Shown in pieces: positions 17,715 to 27,114 of a DNA stretch of 58,947 bases. Position numbers and translations under genes: made by a program. This DNA is from a virus: positions 1 through 58,947 of IMG/VR virus record IMGVR_UViG_3300045988_154888. One strand, 5' to 3'. A model generated the notes under the pieces. The model searched no databases. It was given only the letters and a program-made list of their open reading frames with translations, and had not been told where the DNA came from. Every line of letters begins with the position of its first letter. Position 1 is the stretch's first letter.

Positions 17715-18458
17715 TCAGCCGCCATTCTTTGCGCTGACGGTAACAGCAAGCGTCGCACGCTTGCCGCCATTGGCTGTGGTAACGGCAATGGTTGCAGTAC
17801 CGACCGCCATCGGCGTGATGGTGAAGCCATCCTCGGTGATGTTGGAAACGGACACGACGCTGCGCTTGTTGTTGGTCACCTTGAAGCGCTTATTGGAAGC
17901 ACCTTCGGGAGCAAACGCAACGGTGATGATTTTGGGCGTGCCACCCTCGGTGAGCGCAAGGGTGGTGACATCCGTGGAATCATCCTTAAGCGTCACGTCG
18001 GTGACCTGAACGTAGGGCAGAACTTCCACTTCGCCCACCTGCTCCAAATCCCACGACAGCGTAGTGCCGGAATCGTCACTGGAAGTTTCCTTGCCGGTGA
18101 CGATATAATCTCCAACCCACGCATGACCGTAGGGGTCAACGACCTTGAGCGTAGCGTCCGCATCACAGCCAGCGGCCTCGGCATAGCTGTTCAGCAGCTC
18201 CTGACCGGGGTCATTATCGCCGGTGGATTCGACAACGACTTCCTTGCCCTCAAGGGTGAGGCTGCCGCTGCGCTTGGTGACATACGGCTCACTCCACGTT
18301 TCGGTATCGGCAGAACCGTCCTCGGTTTCGCTGTCCGTGCTGCGGGTGAGGCTGTTCAGACCGAAAATCCGAACAAACTCATTGGTGGCGACATCAAGAA
18401 TATAGATGAGCCAATTCTTGATGTTTACAGGACAGCCGTTCTTACGACCTTTTGCCAT
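17715..18458 (-). CDS. Major tail protein with C-terminal Ig-like (Big_2-type) domain
   Basis: Start at ATG 18458, after GGAGGAA. The C-terminal VTDVTLKD...TATIAVTTANGGKRATLAVTV is Big_2-like. Confidence 0.75.
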   Translation of the reverse strand: MAKGRKNGCPVNIKNWLIYILDVATNEFVRIFGLNSLTRSTDSETEDGSADTETWSEPYVTKRSGSLTLEGKEVVVESTGDNDPGQELLNSYAEAAGCDADATLKVVDPYGHAWVGDYIVTGKETSSDDSGTTLSWDLEQVGEVEVLPYVQVTDVTLKDDSTDVTTLALTEGGTPKIITVAFAPEGASNKRFKVTNNKRSVVSVSNITEDGFTITPMAVGTATIAVTTANGGKRATLAVTVSAKNGG

Positions 18459-18491
18459 AGCTTGTTCCTCCATTCTCCCGCATCTGCGGGG

Positions 18492-18878
18492 TTAAAAATT
18501 GCAGTAATGCACAAGGTAATTGCTGGAATACAGCTCGCGCTTTTTGCCATCCGCGCCAAGACCAGCGGAAGCATTGAGGACGCGGATATGCGCGTCGGCT
18601 CCGTCTCCGGCAAGGTAACCATCGAACTCGGCCAGCTCATCTGCGATGGCCTGAGAAAGCTCGTAGGCTTCTTTCGTGGTTTTGGCTCGCACTACGACCT
18701 GAATCCGTGCGCCACTCTCCGAACCGCCATATCCGCTGTCCGTTGAAAAGACGCATATCGCCGTATCGGGCGCATCCGGCATCAAGCCCCAAAAGATATT
18801 GCCGTTCGTTTCCTTGTCGGCTACTGTTCCAAAGCCGCAAAACTCAATGTGCCTTGCGAATTGTTCAAGCAGATTCAA
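18492..18878 (-). CDS. Tail completion/terminator-type neck protein
   Basis: 128 aa, immediately upstream of the major tail protein. Called from gene order and size. Confidence 0.45.
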   Translation of the reverse strand: MNLLEQFARHIEFCGFGTVADKETNGNIFWGLMPDAPDTAICVFSTDSGYGGSESGARIQVVVRAKTTKEAYELSQAIADELAEFDGYLAGDGADAHIRVLNASAGLGADGKKRELYSSNYLVHYCNF

Positions 18879-18884
18879 GGCGTA

Positions 18885-19241
18885 TCACCCCATTTCGCTG
18901 CTGAATCCCTGCTGGGCGAGCTGCGCCATCTCCTGCTGCACTCCGCTATCAAATACGGGGTCTTCGAGATACTTCGCTTTTCGTCCGCGTTGGTGATTGA
19001 ATTTCAGATTTTCGTGCTGAATAACGGCGTAGGGCGTGTCATAGCTGACGGTTCCCTCGCTGCCGTCCTCATTCACGTCAACATAGCAGGAATTTTTCAG
19101 CGGCCCTTGGTCGAGCGGAACCTGCTGCTTACTTACGGCGGCCAGATGGTCCAGCGCCATCCATGTTGCCCGCTTGCTGCCGCTCTGCGTGACCTTTTTA
19201 ACGAGCGACTTGTCGATTTTGATTCGCACCTTTACGCTCAT
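18885..19241 (-). CDS. Head-tail joining protein (HK97 gp10-like / minor capsid family)
   Basis: 118 aa. Segment QVPLDQGPLKNS...YDTPYAVIQHE is typical of the gp10-like family. Confidence 0.5.
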   Translation of the reverse strand: MSVKVRIKIDKSLVKKVTQSGSKRATWMALDHLAAVSKQQVPLDQGPLKNSCYVDVNEDGSEGTVSYDTPYAVIQHENLKFNHQRGRKAKYLEDPVFDSGVQQEMAQLAQQGFSSEMG

Positions 19242-19552
19242 TCAAGGTACACCTCCAGATGGTCATCACGGAAGCCGCTCGCAACAAAGCACTTGATGAC
19301 GGTGTACTCGCGCCCCTCGAAGGAAACGACGCTGCGGTCAGGAATCGGCTCGCCCCGGCAAAACATCCGCGCATTGGCAAGAATCTGGTCAATCTGGCCG
19401 TCCGGGTCTTTGTAGGTGGTTTGCAGGTTGCAGCCGCGTTCCAGTCTGCACTTGCGCGTTTCCTCTCTGCCGTACACGGGTTCGCCGCCAGCAGTACGGA
19501 TGTAGGGCTTGATTTTCACCATCTGTTTCAGGAAAGCATCAATCAGCGCCAT
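19238..19552 (-). CDS. Head closure/adaptor protein
   Basis: 104 aa. Sits in the neck gene order and has a 4-nt overlap with the next gene. Confidence 0.4.
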   Translation of the reverse strand: MALIDAFLKQMVKIKPYIRTAGGEPVYGREETRKCRLERGCNLQTTYKDPDGQIDQILANARMFCRGEPIPDRSVVSFEGREYTVIKCFVASGFRDDHLEVYLE

Positions 19553-19553
19553 A

Positions 19554-19904
19554 TCAGTACGACCTTTCTACGCCCTTATAAAGCAAGCCCTCTCGGAGCA
19601 AAACGCCGTAGGCTGCCGGGCATACGGTTTTCTTGGTGAGCTGATTGCCCATTGCGCCGGTGTCGAAGGACATTTCAAACTCGCCAATGCGGAAGGATTC
19701 GGTTCCCTGCGGGATTTCATTGTCTCCGCATTGCGCCGCGATGGTTTTCTCGTGTGCAATCTGGTAAACGCAAGCCTTTTCGAAGGCTTCAATCTGTGAC
19801 GAACGGCTCGGATTGTTCGGGAAGATAAAAGCGCGAATTTTGTCGCGCATCATTTCCAGTTCTTCCTCTGTAGGCGCAGGGCAAACGATATGCACATCAG
19901 CCAT
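19554..19904 (-). CDS. Head-tail connector protein
   Basis: 116 aa. Position downstream of the capsid gene. Confidence 0.4.
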   Translation of the reverse strand: MADVHIVCPAPTEEELEMMRDKIRAFIFPNNPSRSSQIEAFEKACVYQIAHEKTIAAQCGDNEIPQGTESFRIGEFEMSFDTGAMGNQLTKKTVCPAAYGVLLREGLLYKGVERSY

Positions 19905-20128
19905 CAGCGCACCTTCCTTCTGACGGGCTTTCGCTTATTTACGACGGAAACGGGGGCAGGGCTTTCGCCGCTGCTCCCCTTCTGCTGCGCCTGAACATCT
20001 TCAACCCATACAGCCCTGCCGCTGGCGACAAGTCTTTCTTTGAAAGCGTCAGGCGCGTCCACCATCATGCCAGACGGAAGCACTCGCCCCATCACGGGCA
20101 CAGGCTTGATGAGTTTACACTTCTTCAA
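19904..20128 (-). CDS. Hypothetical protein
   Basis: 74-aa ORF between the capsid and connector genes. Confidence 0.4.
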   Translation of the reverse strand: MKKCKLIKPVPVMGRVLPSGMMVDAPDAFKERLVASGRAVWVEDVQAQQKGSSGESPAPVSVVNKRKPVRRKVR

Positions 20129-20143
20129 GCGTCAGCCCTCCCA

Positions 20144-21157
20144 TTAAGTCCCAGAGGGGTTATCTTCGCCGCCGCCAGCGTCCTTGCCGCCGTCAGCCTG
20201 CGCCGCCGCAGGAGTGAACACGGCGAAGGGATAGCGCGTGGCCTTGGTGGGGTTCACGCGGTTGACGGGATTGGGCAGCGCCCAACCGGCGCGGAACACG
20301 CAGCGCAGGGCGACCATATCCTGCTGGGCGAGGTTATATACAATTGCCTTGGTGGACGGGTCCTGAATGACGGCTTCACGCAGCAGCGTAGTGGTGATGT
20401 CGGAGCGGACAGCCCACACGGCCATGTTCCAGTCGCCGCCAATCAGCAGCGCCTGCGTCGCGTCCATCACTTCCGTCTTGGGGAACATGATGCTGTTGCC
20501 GTCCAGCTCATAAGCAGAACGGGAGCCAACGCCGTCACGATAGACAGCGCGGCCGAAAATCGGGAGGCCGTTAGCGTCCACGGAGCCGCGCAGCTTGGAG
20601 CGCATACCCACAGCGCCGACATAGCCGTTGGGGACGTAGCCATCTTCCTCAACCTTCGCAACAACGCCGTCCTCGCCCAGAAGCTGCTGATACAGGCTCT
20701 TGGTACTGTCCAGCGCCACATTGTTGCCAGCCGCAATCGCGCCGGGAACAATGCCAGCGGGGAAGTTGGCGGGCTTATTGGTGCCGAAGAGCACGGCCTT
20801 GTCGAAGGTCGCGCCGATAGCCTCGGTCAGACGCGGACGGACGTTCGCCCAAATGTCGTAATCGGAATCGTCCAGCACGTTCTGCGGAATGGGAACGATA
20901 CAGGCGATTTCCTCCGCATACAGCTTGACGTTTTCCCACGCCTGAGAGGTGGTCTGCTTGTAGCCGGTGTCGCCATCCACCCAGTACGCCATCGGGAGGC
21001 TGGAAAGGACGGGCAGCACGCGGGTCTTGGTGGACATATCCGGCAGACGGCGCATCAGCTGCATCGCCACGGACTGCTCAGGTACATGCTCGAAAATCTC
21101 CCGCGAATTCTCTTCCGGGATAAGGACATCAGCGCCAGTACGGTCAATGATAGCCAT
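20144..21157 (-). CDS. Major capsid protein (HK97 fold)
   Basis: 337 aa, following the scaffold gene. Sequence character is typical of SPP1/HK97-like capsid proteins. Confidence 0.8.
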   Translation of the reverse strand: MAIIDRTGADVLIPEENSREIFEHVPEQSVAMQLMRRLPDMSTKTRVLPVLSSLPMAYWVDGDTGYKQTTSQAWENVKLYAEEIACIVPIPQNVLDDSDYDIWANVRPRLTEAIGATFDKAVLFGTNKPANFPAGIVPGAIAAGNNVALDSTKSLYQQLLGEDGVVAKVEEDGYVPNGYVGAVGMRSKLRGSVDANGLPIFGRAVYRDGVGSRSAYELDGNSIMFPKTEVMDATQALLIGGDWNMAVWAVRSDITTTLLREAVIQDPSTKAIVYNLAQQDMVALRCVFRAGWALPNPVNRVNPTKATRYPFAVFTPAAAQADGGKDAGGGEDNPSGT

Positions 21158-21190
21158 AGTTCAATTCCTCCAATCGTTTGTTTTATCGTT

Positions 21191-21778
21191 TTACTGCGCC
21201 CGGCCAGCGGCCATACGAATGGCGGCGTTGGCATCGGCGCTGGAAGGTTGTTCCTTGCCACCCTGATTGCCGAGCGAGCCGCCAAAGCCGAAATTACCAT
21301 GCTGGCGGCCAGAATCGGTAAACAGGTAGCTGTCGGACTTCTTGATTTCTTCGACCTGCTCATTGAGGCCGACGAGCTTGCCGTCCTGCTCGCTGATGCT
21401 GTCCATCTTGAGCAGCGGCATCACCACATCGGCGTTCCGCACGTTCATGCCGCGCAGGGCTTCCTTGATGCGGTAGGTCAGGCCGAGCTTCGCAATCTGC
21501 TCATCGCGGGCGGTGACATCCGCGGTCAGCTTCTCAATCTGGGCAGTCAGCGAAGCAGTATCACCATTCTGCTGCTGCGCCTCCTGAAGCTGGGCAGTAA
21601 GCGTCGCAATCTGCTGGTTGAGCGTTTTCGCCTTGTCATTGGCATCGTCGAATTTGGCCTTGGGAACGAAGGAACCATCGGCGGTGTTGACAAGGGTAAC
21701 GCCCGTCGCGCCGTTCATTTTTTCGACAAACTGAGCAAACAGCTCGTCGCCGAGAATCGGTTTCAGGTACTCATACAT
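21191..21778 (-). CDS. Scaffolding protein (GP20-like)
   Basis: 195 aa with a coiled coil (LNQQIATLTAQLQEAQQQ...). Upstream of the capsid gene. Confidence 0.7.
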   Translation of the reverse strand: MYEYLKPILGDELFAQFVEKMNGATGVTLVNTADGSFVPKAKFDDANDKAKTLNQQIATLTAQLQEAQQQNGDTASLTAQIEKLTADVTARDEQIAKLGLTYRIKEALRGMNVRNADVVMPLLKMDSISEQDGKLVGLNEQVEEIKKSDSYLFTDSGRQHGNFGFGGSLGNQGGKEQPSSADANAAIRMAAGRAQ

Positions 21779-21935
21779 TGCAAAATTCCTCCTGCTTTGC
21801 GTTTTTTACCGGCTCGCTCCGGCTTGGCAGTCCGCAGATAACCTCTGCGGCAGGCAAAATATAAAAACGCCCCTGCAACCTGCAAAGACGCTTTTAGCAT
21901 GGTCGTTAAAGCTCTTAAAACTGCCGTAGGCAGCT

Positions 21936-22178
21936 TTATTTGCTCAGGACTTGCGGTAACTCATCTGCGGACAAGGCCGCATTGAGGCGGGCAAGGAACG
22001 CCGTCATTGCGCTTTGCACTTCATCGGGATGATTGGCGCAGTACGCCCTGTCCAGCATGTCAAAGGAAATGGTGATGTTCGTGTCTCCAAACGTAGCGCC
22101 GGAGGACAGCACCTCGGAACCATCGTCATTGACGGAGTTCACGCGAATCGACTTAGATTCATGCCTTTCTGTGAGCAT
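21936..22178 (-). CDS. Hypothetical protein
   Basis: 80-aa ORF on the operon strand. Confidence 0.4.
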   Translation of the reverse strand: MLTERHESKSIRVNSVNDDGSEVLSSGATFGDTNITISFDMLDRAYCANHPDEVQSAMTAFLARLNAALSADELPQVLSK

Positions 22179-22181
22179 CGT

Positions 22182-22445
22182 TTACACCTCCTTCGCCTTT
22201 TCGATAGCGTCTTTCAGGGTTTCATACGCATCGGCCACATCCTGCGCGTGGAAGGTGGCCTGAACGTGCTGCCTGAAATTCGCCGCCTGACAGGAATGAA
22301 AATGGAGTTCGGCCAGCTCCACATTGCGAAGCATCTGATACAGTGCTTCGGCATCCTGCAAAGGAATGGTAATGGTCGCGGGAGCCGCCTGTTTCTCGGC
22401 TGCGGCGGCTTTTTCTGCAATCTTTGCCATGTTCTCAACCTCCAA
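22182..22445 (-). CDS. Hypothetical protein
   Basis: 87-aa ORF on the operon strand. Confidence 0.4.
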   Translation of the reverse strand: MEVENMAKIAEKAAAAEKQAAPATITIPLQDAEALYQMLRNVELAELHFHSCQAANFRQHVQATFHAQDVADAYETLKDAIEKAKEV

Positions 22446-22448
22446 TCG

Positions 22449-23585
22449 TCATTTGGCGAGCTTTACGGGCGGCAGCCTCTTCGCTGCGGCGCTCAGCTTC
22501 ACGCGCCCGCCCTCACGCCAGTATTTTCTCGGCAGCCAGTCCACGGATGCCGGAGTTTCGCTGTTATACTTCTCACGCAGAGCGCGTATATCAGCCTGAT
22601 AGCGCCGTACCTTGGCGTATGCCTGTCTTTCTTCCTCTGGGGTGGTCGCAACGGCCATGCGCCGCTTCCAGCGCCGGATGGAGCGCTCATACTGCCGCTG
22701 GTGCATTCGAGCGAAATAGCCGGACGAAGGTTCCTGCACAGCGCGGGGCGCGGAACGAACGTCGCGGGAAATACCCTCGTAATACGTTGACAGATGGTGC
22801 AGACAGCGCGGATGAAACACGCCGTCGTTTTCCGCTTCCTCCAAGGACGGATACTCGTGGCTTTCGCCGGAAACAGAAACGACAACGCCCTCCCACGCGA
22901 CACAGAGCGGACAGGCTCCTGCGTGGGAGGAAATGACGGCCAAATCAAAGCCGTATGACCTCATGGTTTCTGTGTATCCCTCGACAGTGGCGCGTTCAAT
23001 GGCTGTAAGGGTCGCCATTTCCGCATAGGTGGACATTTCCCAATGCCGCCCGGCCTTATCGACGAAGGACGAAATGCCACGGTCTGCGAAGTCCTGCAAT
23101 TCGTCTTTCACAGCGTCGCGCACGGTGATTGTGCCGGTCGCCACCCTCGCGGACGCACGACCGACAATATCAGCATAAGCGTCGTTCGCCTGACGGAGTA
23201 TCATCCTGTCCGCAGCGTCCATCGATGTATCCAGCTCGGACAGAATCGCCGCAACCTTCGCGCTGTTGGGGGAAAGGTGGGCAATACCAGCCCATTCCGT
23301 AAACCGCTGCGCCTCATTGACAAATGCCTGAGCGCTGCCGTTGTAGGCCGTATTGATAAATTCCTCGGACATTTTACGGCGCTGCTTGCTCATGCCGCCC
23401 ACAATGCCGGATAATTCCTTGCGGACGGCGGCGGTTTCGGCGTACTTCTTTTCTGTCCATCCGGGAACAGTCACGCCCTTCGCCAGACGGGCGGCTACGC
23501 GGCCAAGCATTTTTGCCTCGGCCTGTTCATAAAGCGTGAGCATTTCACCGGCAAGGCGCTCGTATGCGGAAACAGCAATCGGCAT
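22449..23585 (-). CDS. Minor head/head morphogenesis protein (SPP1 gp7 / Mu F-like)
   Basis: 378 aa, directly after the portal. Contains a HAGACPLC...HPRCLH Cys/His cluster typical of the family. Confidence 0.7.
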   Translation of the reverse strand: MPIAVSAYERLAGEMLTLYEQAEAKMLGRVAARLAKGVTVPGWTEKKYAETAAVRKELSGIVGGMSKQRRKMSEEFINTAYNGSAQAFVNEAQRFTEWAGIAHLSPNSAKVAAILSELDTSMDAADRMILRQANDAYADIVGRASARVATGTITVRDAVKDELQDFADRGISSFVDKAGRHWEMSTYAEMATLTAIERATVEGYTETMRSYGFDLAVISSHAGACPLCVAWEGVVVSVSGESHEYPSLEEAENDGVFHPRCLHHLSTYYEGISRDVRSAPRAVQEPSSGYFARMHQRQYERSIRRWKRRMAVATTPEEERQAYAKVRRYQADIRALREKYNSETPASVDWLPRKYWREGGRVKLSAAAKRLPPVKLAK

Positions 23586-25123
23586 TATTTGTCACCTTCC
23601 TCGCCTCCATCGCCCTCGCCGTTGCCGGCATCGGGTTTCTCGTAATCGCCCATGAACAGGTTCGGCTCATCCACAGCCTGACCGCTCTCGGTCTTGACGC
23701 GCTCCACTTCCTCCGCAATCTGCTTCTTCGTCCAGTCAGGGTGAAGCATCTGCACTTTCAGCTCGGTGGAGATTGCGGCAGCACGGTTGAGCAGTTCCAG
23801 CGCCGTGGACGTGGTGGAGATGTCATTGGCCATGTTGTCGGCGAAATGCACCTTGACGGCATCCGCGCCCTCGCTGCCCTTTCCGGGATAGAGCGCCGCA
23901 TCCAGATGGACCATCGCCGTCATAATTTGCTCAAGGGGCGATTTCCAGTAGGTCTGCTTCTTACCCTGCGTGTTGAAGGACTTCTTTTCGCGGATGTGAA
24001 GCGCCGTGCCGGACTGTGCGTTTCCGTCGATACCGATGCCGAAGGTCTGCGGGGCGTAGCCCGCGATGGTGACAATGTTCCGTATCAGTTCCGCACAGGT
24101 GGCTGCATGTTCGGCAGAACGGATAGCGAACTGGCTGGGCGTGATGGGATTGCTCCCAGAATGTTCAGGGTCGATGTCCAGTGCGACCAGCGTTTCCACG
24201 TCCTCATCGAATTCGTAGGTGTACTGGTTGTCCTTGAACATATCCGAAGCCTTGCGGCGCAGATACTCGGCAGGAACAATGAGCCGAGCCTTAGCCAGCC
24301 GCACATCGCGCATCCAGCTCGAATAGGTTTCATCCAGCGAATCCATCAGGCCGCGAAGGCCATCGCAGTCTGACCGCCCGTGGACGCTGGTTCTGTCCAT
24401 GCGGTTCGGCCTGATGTTCGGAATATGAACCGCCATCATATCCGCGATGGGCGTTTTCATCTCAGGCTCGAAGCCGAGCTGTTCCAGCATTCCCGTGCCA
24501 TCCTCCGTGCCAAGGTCGGAGGACGAGCCTTTGAACACGGCCATCGTGATTTTGCCGCGCTCGTAGCGCTCGTAAATGCGCCAGACGATATTTTTCTGCG
24601 TATCCCTTTTCAGGATGTCGAAAAAGTGGATGCACTTGAGCACGCCCAGCACATATTCAGGCCACGCGCAATCGCCCTGCGTGATGGTGAGAATAGGGTG
24701 GTCTACATCGTCCGGGCGGCTGCTCAGCTTGAAATACACATCGCCAAGGACGGCGCAAGTTTCGGCGGCCTCGTTCAAGAGGCCATGCACGTTGTTGAGC
24801 GAAATCAGTTCGTCGAGGCGACGCTGCTTATCGCTGCCATCGTCCTCGGTTTCCTCATCGAAACAGGTGAAGCGCGGTTCCTCGCTGAACAGGAGGTCGG
24901 AGGACGTTGCCGCAATATCGGCGGCAATAGGAACGTGGATTCTGCATTTCCCGTTCCGATACCAGAAGGAGCCTCCCTCTGCCGTGGCCGCAAGCTCTGC
25001 GCGGCCTCCGCTGTAAACGGCTGAATACTTGTGGTAATACCTCGCCTCGTAGGTTCGCAGCTCGTCCCACGCCTGTTTCGGAGTGAGGAACGCGGAAAGG
25101 CTGTTGTCCTGTACGGTTTCCAT
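23585..25123 (-). CDS. Portal protein (SPP1 gp6-like)
   Basis: About 512 aa, after terL. Start at ATG 25123, preceded by GGAGGTG. Confidence 0.8.
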   Translation of the reverse strand: METVQDNSLSAFLTPKQAWDELRTYEARYYHKYSAVYSGGRAELAATAEGGSFWYRNGKCRIHVPIAADIAATSSDLLFSEEPRFTCFDEETEDDGSDKQRRLDELISLNNVHGLLNEAAETCAVLGDVYFKLSSRPDDVDHPILTITQGDCAWPEYVLGVLKCIHFFDILKRDTQKNIVWRIYERYERGKITMAVFKGSSSDLGTEDGTGMLEQLGFEPEMKTPIADMMAVHIPNIRPNRMDRTSVHGRSDCDGLRGLMDSLDETYSSWMRDVRLAKARLIVPAEYLRRKASDMFKDNQYTYEFDEDVETLVALDIDPEHSGSNPITPSQFAIRSAEHAATCAELIRNIVTIAGYAPQTFGIGIDGNAQSGTALHIREKKSFNTQGKKQTYWKSPLEQIMTAMVHLDAALYPGKGSEGADAVKVHFADNMANDISTTSTALELLNRAAAISTELKVQMLHPDWTKKQIAEEVERVKTESGQAVDEPNLFMGDYEKPDAGNGEGDGGEEGDK

Positions 25124-25281
25124 CGTCCGCACCTCCAAATCACTAATAATTCAAAATAGCTCGCCTTGAATCGCGCACAGGCGCGAGAAAGCAACAAAGA
25201 AGCCCCCATGCGCGACAGGCGAGCGCCCCACGCAAGGAGTGAAACGCAAGGCCGAATCTTATAGATTCTTATCGAAGCAAG

Positions 25282-26592
25282 CTAAATAATGTATCTGCGA
25301 AGCGGATAGAAGGAATACTCGGCGCTGTCCAGACAGTCCACAGGGTAGGAACCGTCGTCCACGCGCACCCAGTCGCCCTTTGCGAATTCATCCTCTGACC
25401 ACGTTGCCATCTGGTAGGCCTCGTGCCACTTCGCCATGCCGGAGTTGATTTTGTATCGCCCCTGTGCCAGCAGCATGGAGGCCATTTCAATGCGTTCAAG
25501 GATGCCGTCCGACTTGTCAAAGCCGCGCACATCGAATCGGCTCATGCCTCGCCGGATAAGCTCGTTTTTCAGGCCGCGAGTGAACAACTTGGCGGCTGAA
25601 TCCACATAGATGGTGCCGATGCGCGGGTAAACTCGCGTCCACGGGATGAGCCATTCGACAATCATCTTGGCATAGAGCTGCTCGTCCATCTTGTTGTCGA
25701 TGCCCTGCTTGTGGTACATCCCGTCGATGTGGACGATTTTCTCAAAGCCCTGCGTAATGCCGGTGAGCGTGGCGACGGTCGCGTCCGTACCGCCAACGTC
25801 CACGCCGACCGTCAGCTCGGCAAAGTTCATGCGCCGGATTTTCTCTGGGGAAATGGCCACATCCTTGAAATTATAGGACGTATAGATGCGCCCGCTGGCG
25901 CTGGTGCGCTTGCCCAGAATATCCCGCTGATACCAGATGGATGCACGGTCGTATTTGGACAGCGCGTCTCGAAGGGCATCCTGCGGAATGGATTTATTGT
26001 CGAGGATGGTGAAGTGGCCATAATTATAGCCGTCGTTCTTCCCCTGCGCCTTGAGCGTGTCCTGATAATCCAGAAACTCGGCATAGAACCAATGAGACGG
26101 CGGCTTGGGGTTCAAATCGAAAAAGAGCTGGCGCTTACTGCTGGCCAGCGTTCTGTCGATGACCTCCTGAAAGAAGGTCTTATGGCACTCGTTCACCTCG
26201 GTAATATAGGCCGTACCGTAGGAATGGCCTTTGATGAGGCTCGCGCTGCGGGAATCGCCGCCGCCAGCGATGATGACAACCTTCTCGCCGGTGGACGAAT
26301 GGATGATGAGCGCGTCGCGCCCATTGTACTGCCCCATTTTGCAGCGCCCGGCAAAGAACCACTCAAGGCCGAAGCCGTCGCTGTCGATGATATTCATCTT
26401 CGCGGATGACTGCGACACGCCAGCGGCGAGGTGCAGCCTGTCCGGGTGCTTATCCAGCGCCATCGCCCAGCAGATGAGGTTGATGATGTTCTTGCCAGCG
26501 CGTTTACCGCCCTCGGCCACGTTGAGCCATGAACCCTTGGAGCGGCAGATGTACTCTGCCTGGCGCTGACTGAACGGCGCGTAGTTTATCAT
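25282..26592 (-). CDS. terL: Terminase large subunit (PBSX-type)
   Basis: 436 aa. Walker-A-like GGKRAGKN and a C-terminal nuclease-like region. Overlaps the terS stop. Confidence 0.85.
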   Translation of the reverse strand: MINYAPFSQRQAEYICRSKGSWLNVAEGGKRAGKNIINLICWAMALDKHPDRLHLAAGVSQSSAKMNIIDSDGFGLEWFFAGRCKMGQYNGRDALIIHSSTGEKVVIIAGGGDSRSASLIKGHSYGTAYITEVNECHKTFFQEVIDRTLASSKRQLFFDLNPKPPSHWFYAEFLDYQDTLKAQGKNDGYNYGHFTILDNKSIPQDALRDALSKYDRASIWYQRDILGKRTSASGRIYTSYNFKDVAISPEKIRRMNFAELTVGVDVGGTDATVATLTGITQGFEKIVHIDGMYHKQGIDNKMDEQLYAKMIVEWLIPWTRVYPRIGTIYVDSAAKLFTRGLKNELIRRGMSRFDVRGFDKSDGILERIEMASMLLAQGRYKINSGMAKWHEAYQMATWSEDEFAKGDWVRVDDGSYPVDCLDSAEYSFYPLRRYII

Positions 26593-26972
26593 GAGCCGTC
26601 ACCATCCTCGTCCGGCACAAGCACGTCCTCAATCTCAAGATTCGGCACAGGGTTGTTGATGAGGTCTGCAAGGGACTGAACCTGCTCGTTTGCCCGCTTG
26701 GCAGTCTCGTCGTCGCTGTTGTCGGGATAATCCGACTGGCCGAGAATGTTTTTTCCCAAAAAGATGGCCATTGCCGCCGATTTTTCTGCAAGCCTGAACT
26801 GCATTCGCCGGAGAGATATTTTGCCGCCAGACTTCTTTTCGGCGTAAACTTGGGAATATTCTTTCCCATACGTCCGCTTGCACCATCGTGTAAGCGTTTT
26901 ATGGTCAACCTCAAGAAAATCGCATATTTCCTGCTGTGTGCATTGCAGCGCGCACAGCTTTTCGAACTCCAT
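26589..26972 (-). CDS. terS: Terminase small subunit (HTH)
   Basis: 127 aa. HTH segment CTQQEICDFLEVDHKTLTRW. 4-nt overlap with terL. Confidence 0.6.
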   Translation of the reverse strand: MEFEKLCALQCTQQEICDFLEVDHKTLTRWCKRTYGKEYSQVYAEKKSGGKISLRRMQFRLAEKSAAMAIFLGKNILGQSDYPDNSDDETAKRANEQVQSLADLINNPVPNLEIEDVLVPDEDGDGS

Positions 26973-27060
26973 CTTCTTGATTTCCTTCTTTGGCCGACCG
27001 GCCTTTCCGCCTGCCGTAAAGCATCCCTCCTTTCTGTAAGACTGTCTCTGTAAGTAGTAT

Positions 27061-27090
27061 ATTATATATTATTATATATACTGACTACAG
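27061..27090. promoter_or_regulatory. AT-rich motif copy R2 upstream of terS (candidate late promoter/regulator site)
   Basis: The minus strand reads tatatataataatatataatatactactta, about 55 nt upstream of the terS RBS. It shares its core with R1 and R3. Confidence 0.45.
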
Positions 27091-27114
27091 GATAGTTACT
27101 GTACTGCTCGGTTG

